From the NCBI RefSeq assembly GCF_006345805.1, contig NC_043013.1, positions 14,384,001-14,448,000 of the forward strand: 64,000 nucleotides of DNA, read 5' to 3'. The notes beneath the pieces were generated by a model. It did no database searches. It saw nothing but the letters and a program-made list of their open reading frames with translations, and was not told the origin of the DNA. This document shows positions 52,448 to 64,000 of this stretch, piece after piece. The first letter of the stretch is position 1. Each line of letters opens with the position of its first letter. This DNA is from Octopus sinensis. Its lineage: Eukaryota. The translations under genes were made by a program, and so were the position numbers.

Positions 52448-53555
52448 GTAAGTGCAGATTTGTTTTATAATGTTGGGGACTTTCAGTCACACTCTGATTA
52501 GACAGTGTGAAGGCGTCTGTCTTAGTTCTCTGATTAGACAGAGTTGTTCGCATATTTGGCACAGGATCGCAAGGTTGTGTGTTCAATTCCTGGCGACGCG
52601 TTGTGTCTCTGAGCAAGAAACTTTATTTGACGTTGCGTCAGTCCACTCAGCTAGCAAAAGTGAGTAGTACCTGTATTTCAAAGACCCAGCCTGTGTCACG
52701 CTGAATCTCCTTGACAATTACGTTAAGGGTACACGTGCCAGTGGAGTACTTAGCAACTTGCACGTTAATTTCATATATATGCATATATATATGTGTGTAT
52801 GTGTGTGTATGTGTGTATGTATGTATGTATGTATGTATGTATGTATGTATGTGTGTATATATATATATAGATAGATAGATATTATTTATATTATTATTTG
52901 ATTGGACACCAGACATCCAATTCCAAGTAAGTTTATCTTATTATTTTGATGCGACTCTACCCTATGCTGTTCTCTCTCTCTTTCTCTCTCTCTCTCCTCT
53001 TTCCTCTGATTTTTTTTCTCCCCTTTACCGTTTTCTTTCTATCTGTCTCTCTCTCCCACTTTACCTTTTACTCTCTCTCTCTCTCGTTACTCATACGTCA
53101 CCATCGTCCATCTTTTTTCCTCACATGATCATTTTTCTTTTCTTTCAGGGCTGTCGTAGAGACTGCACGTATCCTATCTGTCTCTCTCTTCTATCTTTTC
53201 TCTTGTCAAAGAAAATATTTCTCCAGCGTTCGCTATTTTACCTTCGTCTGGTCTAACAACCCTCCATTTTGTTTTCGTTCGGTTTCCTTGTACGTCTCAA
53301 CTCTCCTGTTTTTGTTTCCAACCTTGACCCCCCCGCAAACCCCAAATTTCATTTTGGTACTTATGAGAGCAACTGCCTTCGAAGACTCATATTGTCGTTC
53401 AATGCTCGAAATGAGTAGATGGACAACCGACAACTGATGAAGGGTCGTTCTTTATGTTACGTGTTCTGTTTTCCATTTTTTTCAGTTGTTATTTGCGTAT
53501 TCAACTCTTTTGTTTTCGTATTTCCTGTTGTTTACGGTTTGTGACGTCCTGTACC

Positions 53556-53858
<303 letters not shown>

Positions 53859-53862
<4 letters not shown>

Positions 53863-54090
53863 GTTGGTGCATAATTATTGCGGCTTTTTTCGACAAATTT
53901 TATTCAACAAAAACAATAACAACATGAAACAAAAACAAGTTTAAACGATTCACCATATTCTCCATCTACTTCAACTACTGCTTCCCATTTGCTTGGCAGC
54001 CGATCAGACCGTCATTTAAAGCTGTATTTCTTGTTGATTTCTTGAATAAAATTTGTTGAAAAAAGCCGCAGTAATTATGCACCAATCCAA
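53859..54090 (-). mobile_element. 232-bp internally deleted mariner (MITE-like)
   Basis: TIRs TTGGGTTGGTGCATAATTATTGCGGC / GCCGCAGTAATTATGCACCAATCCAA with flanking TA; minus strand retains the transposase C-terminus DRLPSKWEAVVEVDGEY. Confidence 0.9.
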
Positions 54091-54400
54091 TATTATTTAT
54101 ATTATTATTTGATTGAACGTCACGCATCCATTTCCAAGTATATATATCAGGTTTTGAAGCTTTTCATGCTGAATACTTGATAAATTCTTATAAAGATTTT
54201 ATCCTATTTTAAATTTTAAATTTAACCGAATATATTCAGTGCTGAATTATTCTGAATGTACACGTGTACCGAAATATAATTCGAAAAGCCCACCTATTAC
54301 ATAGATACATACTAGTTAACAACTTTAATGTGCTACGTTGGATACATTTGGTGTTCATCTGGTATGTCGATCTTTGATCATTTTTATGTGACTTGATTAT

Positions 54401-54461
54401 ACTTGCACTGACGATTATAAAGTACATTTTGTGAACTAATTGAAATCATATGATATGCAGT
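54401..54461 (+). ncRNA. Candidate minimal type I hammerhead ribozyme
   Basis: CTGACGA at 54408-54414, GAAA at 54442-54445, palindromic stem III ATCATATGAT, AUA triplet, stem I TGCA/TGCA. The 10.1-11.1 pair is non-canonical (U-U). Confidence 0.35.
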
Positions 54462-54640
54462 TGAATCTGTTTTTAAGGATCTCGCTTCAAGAGGTGCACT
54501 CCCTGGTGTTCGGTATAATATATTTATTATGGTAGTTTTGACTTTAAAGGAATGAATTATAATTTTTCCCTTTTTTAGGCTTTTCACGTTGACTACTTGA
54601 TAAATTCTTACGAAGATTTTATCGTATATATATATATACA

Positions 54641-54709
<69 letters not shown>

Positions 54710-54789
54710 GCATGTATGTATAAGCATGTGTTTATGTACTTTGTGTGTATCAGTATATACTTTGTGCGTATCAGTATATAGTTTTTATA

Positions 54790-55900
54790 CATGTATACGC
54801 ATATGGGTTCGACTAAAAGACAGCTTCATGTTAGAGGAAAATTAGCATCCCCACAAGGCCACACCACCCAGTGCCGTGTTGACACACGACCAATAATGTG
54901 GTGAGGATTTCTCCCCCCTTATAATATTGGGGAACAGACCCAGGCCAGCAGGACAGATGTAGTGAACACCAAGCCTTAACCACCGGAATGGGTTCGAAGG
55001 CTAGAAGCACATCTAGCTCGGCTGATTATTTCCTACTTTAGCTTATATTTCTTGTTTTTATCTTTTATATCCCATATTAAACTGCTTAAGCTGGTGCTAG
55101 CTATTTTATTTTTTGCTTTAAAGGTGCTTTCATGGTAGGCTATTCTGCTTTTTATGTAATTTTCAGTGGATCCTATGTAGTAATAATTTTGTCCTTCAGA
55201 TTCTAGCTCACACCTATAAATTAAATTGTTGTATTTGCACAAGTTTCGTAACGGGCAATGGTTTTTAAATTTACAATATAGTGTTATTTCCATTTTGTTT
55301 ATCTGCAATGTTTTGATTCGTAACCATGGGTTCTTTCTTTTGGCTACTCCGATTCTTATTTGTTTTTATATTTGGTATTTATATATATTTTGTGTTCATT
55401 ACTTCTGTTATAATTATTTTCATATTTTCCGGTTTATTGCTAATGTTATTACTTTTATTATTATTATTATTATGTGTTTTTTTTTCTCATTTTAGGTTGA
55501 AATTTAAATTTTTTCCTATCCAATTGGTGGACATTACGGGTTACCTCCTTTCCTTTACGAGTTGTATTTTCCAAATTTTCTTTATTATCAGCAACATTAT
55601 GATCAGCAAGCAGTTTATCAGGACTGTTCTTACCTCTATTATTATAGAAATCATTCAGTATTTTATTATTCAGTGCAGATATAATTTAAAATAATCTTAT
55701 TGTAGGTTTATTGCATTTATTGCATTTATATATGGGGTGTAGCATTTTATTGTTTTTATGGGCCCTTTTTGCCATTTGTGTCAGTATCTCAATATCAACT
55801 TTCCTTATTTCTTTGAGCCTTTTTAAGCTTCAACCAGTCATATACATGCGATATATTCATTTCTTTTCTTCTTTCAAGAAATACCTGTACTTGACGCTTT
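54790..55900 (-). mobile_element. Penelope-like element 3' portion with GIY-YIG endonuclease
   Basis: ORF 55033-55308: CPLRNLCKYNNLIYRC...YIGSTEN..KSR...HESTF...STSLS..IW. Confidence 0.85.
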
Positions 55901-56571
55901 TTAATGTGTGGAAAAGTTTTACACAGAACTAATACCACTCTGTAAACTACAAAGCATGATCCAAAAAGAAGAGCAAGTCGACATCACTGGGGGTATTTGC
56001 AGTCGCAGGTTTTATAGCAGAGTATCCTCCCAGTCCTTGACCGATCAAAGGCTAACCTCAAGACAGCGGTGAAGGATTTCACTTCAGAGTTACCTTCTCC
56101 TAGATTACCTTCACAAAAGCTTTGTTAAATACTGTAACTCCATCCACTCCTTATATATTTATACAAACATACACACACACAAATGTATAGAATATGCTTT
56201 TTTCTTTTTATTTTAAATATAAAGGAAATTAAAATACAGATATATATATATATATATAAACAAACGAAGGGTATATAAAAGGAATCATTCATAAATATGT
56301 ATAAATATGTTATATGTTATATATATATATGTACGTATGTGTGTATATATATAAAATAGCGAATATAATAAAATGTAGTAGAATGGAATAGAATATGAAA
56401 CGAATGAGAATATAAAATGTTATATATGTGTATAGATATAATATATAGAATATAATAGAACGTAATAGATTGTAATAGAATATGAAAATATATAAATCTT
56501 TAAATCTTTAAAATGTTTCAGCGTCAAAGCTGCGGTCATTCTGGGACACCACCTTTGAATGAGCTACACCA

Positions 56572-57590
56572 TTATCTGAAACCTCCTCTGATATGTGGCA
56601 TTTGATCAATGAAAGAGTTTGATGCTGCAGTCCTCATCTGTGAGGTAGGCTTATCTGGAACCCTTGACAGGAGGAGATCCATTTTCATTTTGAAGGCACC
56701 TACATCCACACCATGTAGGTCTCTCAGGCATTTTGAAAGGGAATTGAAGAGCTGTGGGCCTTTGAAGCTCAAGCTGTTGCAGTATCTGGTCCTGTATATT
56801 GAAGGCAGTATACAGTGGCGCACCGTTCTGCGGTTTGAGTAACTTTCAATGCCAAAGTTTGGTGCAAGGCCTTCCAGGATTTTCCAGATGAATTCCACTG
56901 CGTATATTTCCCGCCTTCGTGCTAGGGAGAAGAGTTTTAATTCTTTCAATTTTTCCCAATAGCTGATATGTTGCATTTAGACGATTTTATTAGTGTAGCT
57001 TCGGTAGATTGCTTCGAGTTCCGCTGTGAATTTTATATTGTGTAGTGACCATAGTTCGGAGCAGTAGTCAAAGCGGCTGAGGACGTATGTCCTCCAAAGG
57101 GCAATCAATGTCTCCTTTTCTCTTGTTTTGAAAGTTCGGATGATCCATCCAGCTATCCGTCTGCATTTTATTATCACATTGGTAATATTCACTGGAAAAG
57201 ATGCACTTTTGCTCATGTCAATGCCGAGGTGTCGCACCGATTTGATTCAGGGGTTTCAATTCCTCCTGGGCCAGTGTACCCTGTCTGCATGTCGTTTAGC
57301 TTCGTATGCTGGTAGCGTAGGGACTTGAATTTTCCTGTATTAAACTGCATGCTGTTGTCCAACTGTATATTGCGTGCAATTCATGTTACAGATGTGCAAT
57401 ATTTCCAGAGTTTTGCATTGTCTGAGACTTTCGTGTCATCTGCATAACCAACAAGGGTGGCTTGCTATCTGAGCAGCTGTGTGCATGTTTGAGAGGGCCA
57501 CTATGGATATCTGTGGCCCCAAGACAGTACTCTGTGGAACACCATTTATTATTTGAGTTTCCTTGGCGGTGGCTCCGTTGGCCACCACTG
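56572..57590 (-). mobile_element. CR1/L2-group LINE, RT to C-terminus
   Basis: GVPQSTVLGP, RHLGIDM, LSRFDYCS, SYWEKLKELKLFSLARRR, GPQLFNSL. Confidence 0.85.
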
Positions 57591-57900
57591 CCTGGCATCT
57601 ATCTTTTAGAAAGTCGTGCAATCACTCTAGTGATTTTAGTTTTGATCTTCTATGCAAATGAAGATATTTGCTTCGTTTTGCTGCTGTTCTTTCTACGAAT
57701 GAGAAGATGCATTGCGGAACTGTTATTTTAACGAGTTGTATCTATTTATCACTCACTGAGATGCAACTGTACTGCCAGACACTCTTGAACCAGTTCTTAA
57801 GTGTTCCACTCGTGAAAGGTCGATGCTAGATGTGTCGAAACAATTGTCGTGATTAATAATTTAAATTCTTGTATATACTCCATCTTCCGTTTTTCATCTA

Positions 57901-58037
<137 letters not shown>

Positions 58038-58187
58038 GTATAGGAAAGAATGGAGATTTAACAAAATTCCTTAATTTTATTTTCGACATATGTTTCGAAG
58101 TCTGCAAAGTCCCTAATTCCGATTATATATAAGAATATAAAAGAATATAAAAATATAAATATAAAAGCAATTTAAGAATATAAAAAG

Positions 58188-58248
<61 letters not shown>

Positions 58249-58481
58249 CTGCACGCACACACATGCACACACATTGTTGGATGGCCGTTGAATACTCATT
58301 AGTTTCTCCGCCATTTCCAGGGTCCTACTTTTCGCCCCGTAGTGTGTCTAACAATCACCCCCCTCTTGTTTGGATTGCCTGTTTACTCGCCAACAATCCG
58401 ATCATGTAACAGTTTTTACTTGGCTACATGTGTTACCAGCAGCGTTCAAGAGCGTCCAGTGTCACTCGAGAGCGTCCTAAC

Positions 58482-58494
58482 ATGTGTGTGTGTT

Positions 58495-58577
<83 letters not shown>

Positions 58578-58586
58578 GTGTGTGTG
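58482..58586. repeat. (TG)n microsatellite
   Basis: Direct reading. Confidence 0.97.
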
Positions 58587-58589
58587 TAG

Positions 58590-59150
58590 ACGGAGTGTTG
58601 CGAAAAGCAACACCTGCCAAAATACAGGTGTTGAAAGTTGGGTGAATGAATGTTGGAAGGAAAATCGATGTTCTGCCCCAAGAACTCTACTTTTGTGTGC
58701 CACACTTGTTTGGAGACCTCTTGACAGATATTTACCACAACAGAAGAATACTTGGCAGCACAACAGAAGAATACTTTGAGTCGAGCAGTGCTAGCGTCGC
58801 TGAGAAGTGACCCAAACAACAGGAATCTCGTGATAATTTTCGGACCATAACTCTACTGAACGCACTGACACCAGGCGCACTGAGGTGATCAGCATTGCTT
58901 TAAGGGACAACGAGGCAGTGACGACAACAAAAATCGTTCTTCAGCTCCGTACCTAGAGATGCACGTCGATCAGTCCAGCAGCGTTATTGTACACTGAATA
59001 AATTGCTCGGGACCTAGTTTGGCCCAGGTCTCCAAGTAGAGAAGAACTGGGTCGAGCAGGGTGACCAGTCTTACTCAGGAATCGACCCAGAGGAAGTTAT
59101 CCCTGAAAGGTGGAGCAGAGGTGCCGAATGCTTACCACATTTCCATCATA
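58590..59150 (+). mobile_element. L1/Tx1-like RT fragment
   Basis: DNFRTITLLN; homologous to 43540-43870. Confidence 0.65.
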
Positions 59151-59799
59151 TTAAACTAAAATTCTGGACTGTTTTTTTGTTGTTATTGAAATCGATAATT
59201 CAGCTGGAGGGAATAAGTGTGGGGAATATGAACCCGTATCTATTTTTTTCAATTATTTTTAGAAGAATTATTATTTAAAATTTAACAATGCTTTGTCAAG
59301 AAATATTTAGTCAATCACATGAACGCAATGGAAACATTTTGGGAGCACTGCTTATTATTACGTGTTATGTCCCCTTGAGAAGATAACACCCGATAAAAAA
59401 AGAGGCATAAATTACTTTTGTTCGACGCACAGGTTATTGATAATTTTCTGATTGATGCGGACACTTTTCATGATGCAGACATACACTCATACACGCACAC
59501 ACTCACACACACACACACACACAAAACTACAAGTCGCGTACTTGATGTGGGAGATTATTTACGGAAAATTCGATGAATACAATTTCCAACTTCGAAGCTG
59601 CAACTATCAGCCCTGGTAAATAACTGGTTAATCTTTAAATGAATTAACAGAGGGAGCCCTTTATTCAAGATCGTAATGATTTTCGACTGAAACTTGAATT
59701 TACCAGGCAGTGAGTTACTACAAACAACATGGCTGGACACAACATCAACAACAACTCAACAGGTAAGCAGATTCTTTCTAGCTGTAGTTATAGAAGAAA

Positions 59800-62700
59800 C
59801 CGGAACTACAAAACACACTTTCCTTGGCGTTGTGAATTGAATACTGATTTATTTAATTGCTACAAAAGACCGAAAAACACGCCGCTGTTGGATATATGAA
59901 TCAATTGAAATCATAGTGGGATGATCTGCACTCAGAACGAAACAATTACGTCAACAAGCAACATTTGTGGAACATAAGAAGAAAGTTAGTTACTGTAACC
60001 TTATTTAAAAAAACAAATATCTAAAATTAACCTTCTCCAAAACAAAATAAACGGAAAACTGAACGATGTTAGAACACCACGTGATTTCGCAGTTAGCGAC
60101 ATTCCAACAGATACTATACAGCCTACCAGCCAAACTACAGCACAGACTAAAGCAAGAGACCATTGTCCCTCTACTTTGTCAATAGTAAATAGCAAGCACA
60201 ACCGCAACAGTCATTGCAGTAGCAATCAGGGTGATATGTCGCTGAAATATGCCCTTAGTGATATCTTTCAAGAAAAAATTAGTTTCGCTTTGAAATACTT
60301 CCTCAAAGAGAGAGCATTCTCTACTAAAGTAAGCAAAAGACCAACAGACACTGTATTAAAAGCTGTTAATGAAATCAGAAAGTAGCATTTGTGTGAGTGT
60401 AATGAATCCTCATTCTGGCAGATTAACGCCTTTTTGTAGGCCTTGTCTACTACCGCAAAGCAATGCATGAACGACACTCAAAAGCAATAAAACCAAAACA
60501 ACGAAAAAAAATGCTATCATGGGTTTTGAACTCGGGGAAAAAATAGCTGATGTGCGGAAGACCATCAGCCGTGTGACGATGAGTGTGTGATGCCTGTGGG
60601 TAGCGAAAAGAAAACATTCAATTACAAACTGGTCACCTCTCAAGCAGGAGCTAAAAGCATAACCGAAAGAAAAATAGTTAACAAGATTTAACCGGAACCA
60701 GGCAGTAGTATACAGAGAGATGAGAGGAGAAGCAAGTGAACATCACAGAAGTTCCTTCACAAGAAGACATAGACTCCTTCTGACGGAAAATCTGGAGTGA
60801 AGAGATGAAGTTTAACCGAGATACTCTGTGTGGGTGGAAGAAATTCGAAGAAGTTATTATCCCTGCGTTACACCCAAGACATACAACATTGATGGGGATA
60901 CTCTTGTGACTGTAATCAAGAAACGTCAGGATGCAAAACTCCCAGAAGAGACTTGATAGATGGATACTGGTACAAGAAGCGAACCTTCTACTGACCTTAT
61001 CTTATCAGCCTGCACCAGCATGCTCTCAGAGGAAATAGTAGCATACCACACTGGTTTACTCTGGCAGAGACGAAACTGATCCCCTAAAGCAGAACCACCC
61101 ACATAACGAAAAACTACCGGACAATAGCATGCCAGAACTTAATGTATGAAATATATGTATAAAATGTATATTTAATGTATAAAATATAGTCAAAGCCATA
61201 CTGAACATGACATCATCGTGGGTCACTATTTTAATGTTAAATACAAGGAGTGATATTATTATCACTGATAGAACACATCATCGCAGCGGCATATTCCAAC
61301 GGGACAGCCTCTCTCTGATGTTTATATTAGGTTGTCAAGAAAGTTCTTCCGGTTTTTAACCTTTATATTCAGATGCACATATCTCGGCTCAAACAAAACT
61401 TTATTAATCGAAATAAACACCATCAGAATCAACATACTTTTGCCAACGCGAAACAAGTTCATTTATGACAGTAGCGTAAAAATCCTGCGTTCTGGTGGCG
61501 AAGATGTTCTTGAAGGCGTGTTTGGCATCATCTTGGATTTTTAAGCATTTCTCAGGCAGGAAGTTGTCGAGATGCTTGAAAAAGTGGTAGTCGGTTGGCG
61601 ACAGGTCTTGTGAGTATGGCGGATGAAGCAGTTTTGTAGCCCAATTTGTTCAACTTCTGCAGGGTCAATTGTGCGGCGTGCGGCCGAGAGTTGTCGTGAA
61701 AAAGAATTGATCCTTCTCTATTGAACAATGCTGGCTGTGGTTATCGGAGTTTCTTAAGCATTTCATACATTTGCTGACAGTACTTCTCCGCCGTAATGGT
61801 TTCGCCTGGATCCAAAAAGCTGTGATGGATGAGACCGACCGCAGACCACCAAACAGTCACCATGGCCTTCTTTTGGTGCAACTTTGGCTTCGGGAAGTGC
61901 CGCAGAGCTTTGTCGGCGTCCGGCTACTGAGCTGAGCGTTGACGATTGTCGTAAAGAATTTACTTTTCATCGCAAGTCAGAATCCGGTCGAAAAAACGGG
62001 TGGTTCTTGTTGCATAAAAGAAGGGAAGACGACACTTTTGGTTGTCGTTCAATTCGTGCGGCACCCATTTCTCAAGTATTTTTGTTTTTCCAATCTCTTT
62101 CAAGTGGTTAGAAATTGTTGCATACGTTACGTCTAATTCAGAAGCAAGCTCTTGAACAGTTGTGCGTGGATTGGCTTCCACTAAGGCTCTTAATTGATCG
62201 TTGTCAACATCCGATGGCCGACCACTACGCTTATCATCTTCAAGACTCTCGTCACTGCTACGAAATTTGTTCAACCACCATTGTGCTGTACGTTCATTAC
62301 TGGTTCCGGGACCAAACGCATCGTTGATATCGCCAGCTCTTTCAGCAGCTTTTCGGCCCAGCTTGAACTGGAATAAGAAAATTGTGCGAATTTGCTTTTT
62401 GTCGATGGTGTATTCAACGTTCCGGAAAAAATGGCCTAATTATTAAAAAGAAAGATTAAACACGATTAGATAGAGCGAAAAACAGGCTTTAAAATGATAT
62501 ATAAAGGCAAAGTAATTTAACGAAAATTAATTTGAAAATACATTATTTAAAACCAAAATTTAAAATTCCGCAAGAACTTTCTTGACAACCTAATACTTTC
62601 TGTAAACCCTTTGTCATTCATATTGAGGAAGTGTCAGTAGTATCTCATTGGTTCACAAGGTAACAGAAATACCAAAAATACACACAGATTCTTTGTGGAT

Positions 62701-63720
62701 GACTTAAAACTACATGCCAAGAATATGCATGAGATGAAAAAGAACCTTGACCTGGTTACGACATTCCAAAACGCTGCGGAGTTGGCATGTGGTCAAGATA
62801 AATGCTGTTATATAGTTGTGAAACAAGGCAAAACTGTATAACAGATAAGCAGCATTTCCATCAATGATTTGACTGTTTTCCCTATATCTGATGAGGACTG
62901 CTACAGGTACCTAGGGGTGGATGAAAACATATCTTACGGTGGCACCTGTGACAAGACACGTAATCACTAAAGAATATTACAGCCGAATAAAGAAAATATT
63001 GATCTCGGAATTCTCTGCAATCAATAAAACAATGGCCCACGGTGTGTTTGCAGTGCTAACACTCATACCAACATTTGGGTCGCTTGACTGGTTGTCTGAG
63101 GGATCCGAGCCATTGATGTAAAAACTCGGAACATACTAGTCAGCACAAATAAATTTCACATCAACAGGGATGTAGACCGCCTCGACCTAAAAGGAAAACA
63201 AAGCGGGAGAGGCTTAACATCGATCCAGGCTGCCTTTGGAAGGATAAGCCTGAAGTCAAAGAAATAAGAACTCACAGTATGGTTGCAGACACAGCCACTC
63301 ATAATAAAAAATAGTACTGGTGGAATGTCTCAGTGAAAAAAAAGCTCTATAAAGTGTAAACATAGTAGAGATGACATAGTGATTTGGGATAGAGAAGAAA
63401 AACTGTGTACAGTTATGGAAATCAGCTGCCCAGCAGGTGTTAACATAAAGCTAAAGATCAGCAAGAAAGAAAATACCTACGCTGAACTATTGAGAAATCT
63501 ACAGTTTCTCTACCTAGATGACATGTTCAGGTTAATAACTGTAATTATAGGAGCACTGCGATATGTAACATACTGCCTAAATACCATTGCTGAGAAATTA
63601 CACTTCTCAAAAGCAGAAAGGAGAAAGCTAATTTGAAGACTACAGATCCAAGCCATCACTAGATCTGTAAAACTCCCCAGAGGTTTATCATTTAAGTATA
63701 GATGCGCATGTCTAGACGTG
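59800..63720 (+). mobile_element. Heavily decayed REL-type (R4/Dong-group) element, split by a mariner
   Basis: GIFQRDSLSLMF before and ILSVNPLSFIL after the mariner; FVDDLKLH, YRYLGVDE, IWDREEKLCTVMEISCP. Confidence 0.75.
61327..62593 (-). mobile_element. Mariner with both TIRs; transposase disrupted
   Basis: TIR TTAGGTTGTCAAGAAAGTTCTT at both ends with TA duplication; RSGRPSDVDND, WVPHEL, ILTCDEK. Confidence 0.93.
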
Positions 63721-64000
63721 TAAGTGTATGCATGAGAATACATACACAAAAGAAAACTTACAAATCTACACATGCACTGACTCCTAATCCTGCACATATA
63801 CACGCATACATACATATATACACACATAAATACGTGCAAAAATAACCTGTTGGCGCTGTTTAAATTCCAATGAAGGAGTCTTGGATCTAGGGTAGAAGAC
63901 GGTTCTTTCTCTATAGGCAAGAAATCTTGAAGCAAGACTGAATAATGACATAAACACATAATAGCTGCTTTCTCATATACGAGCAAAACCATTGCTAGAA

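Noticed and set aside
53149-53260. Strong acceptor ttttctttcag downstream of the PAN exon
   Set aside because: The phase-1 frame stops after three codons, and the region resembles a CT-rich repeat also seen at 5160-5500.
59707-59762. Possible Thr-rich phase-1 exon (SELLQTTWLDTTSTTTQQ) with a GTAAGC donor that would fit after the PAN exon
   Set aside because: Weak polypyrimidine tract, and it abuts the probable 5' region of the decayed REL element. Not supportable without transcripts.
62888-62930. CTGATGAG...GAAAAC hammerhead-like words
   Set aside because: Falls in RT coding sequence (SDEDCYRYLGVDEN) with no supporting stems.

Overview
This is a 64-kb AT-rich, repeat-dense animal genomic window. 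The SINE families, huge (TA)n/(TAA)n tracts and R4/Dong, RTE, Tx1, Penelope and mariner elements suggest a coleoid cephalopod such as Octopus; this is inferred from repeat content only. The main gene is the 3' half of a TRPM-family channel on the + strand. It has 7 coding exons at 5782-28812, all GT-AG and phase-consistent, totalling 972 nt (323 aa plus stop) and covering S2/S3 to S6, the TRP box and the coiled coil. It has an atypical pore filter (YAEF), an atypical TRP box (WSFQR), and no NUDT9-H or kinase domain. A separate phase-1/phase-1 PAN/Apple-domain exon lies at 52217-52447. The rest is mostly nested transposon debris. Notable structures are an 825-bp near-perfect palindrome centred on a TA tract, a full-length 4.1-kb R4/Dong-like element embedded in (TAA)n, a Helitron-like element in the same tract, two TIR-complete mariners (one splitting an RT motif), and a candidate minimal hammerhead ribozyme inside a 420-bp terminally redundant unit. 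No rRNA, tRNA gene or CRISPR array was found. Exon and TIR coordinates were read base by base; the boundaries of decayed repeats are approximate. No database searches were run.
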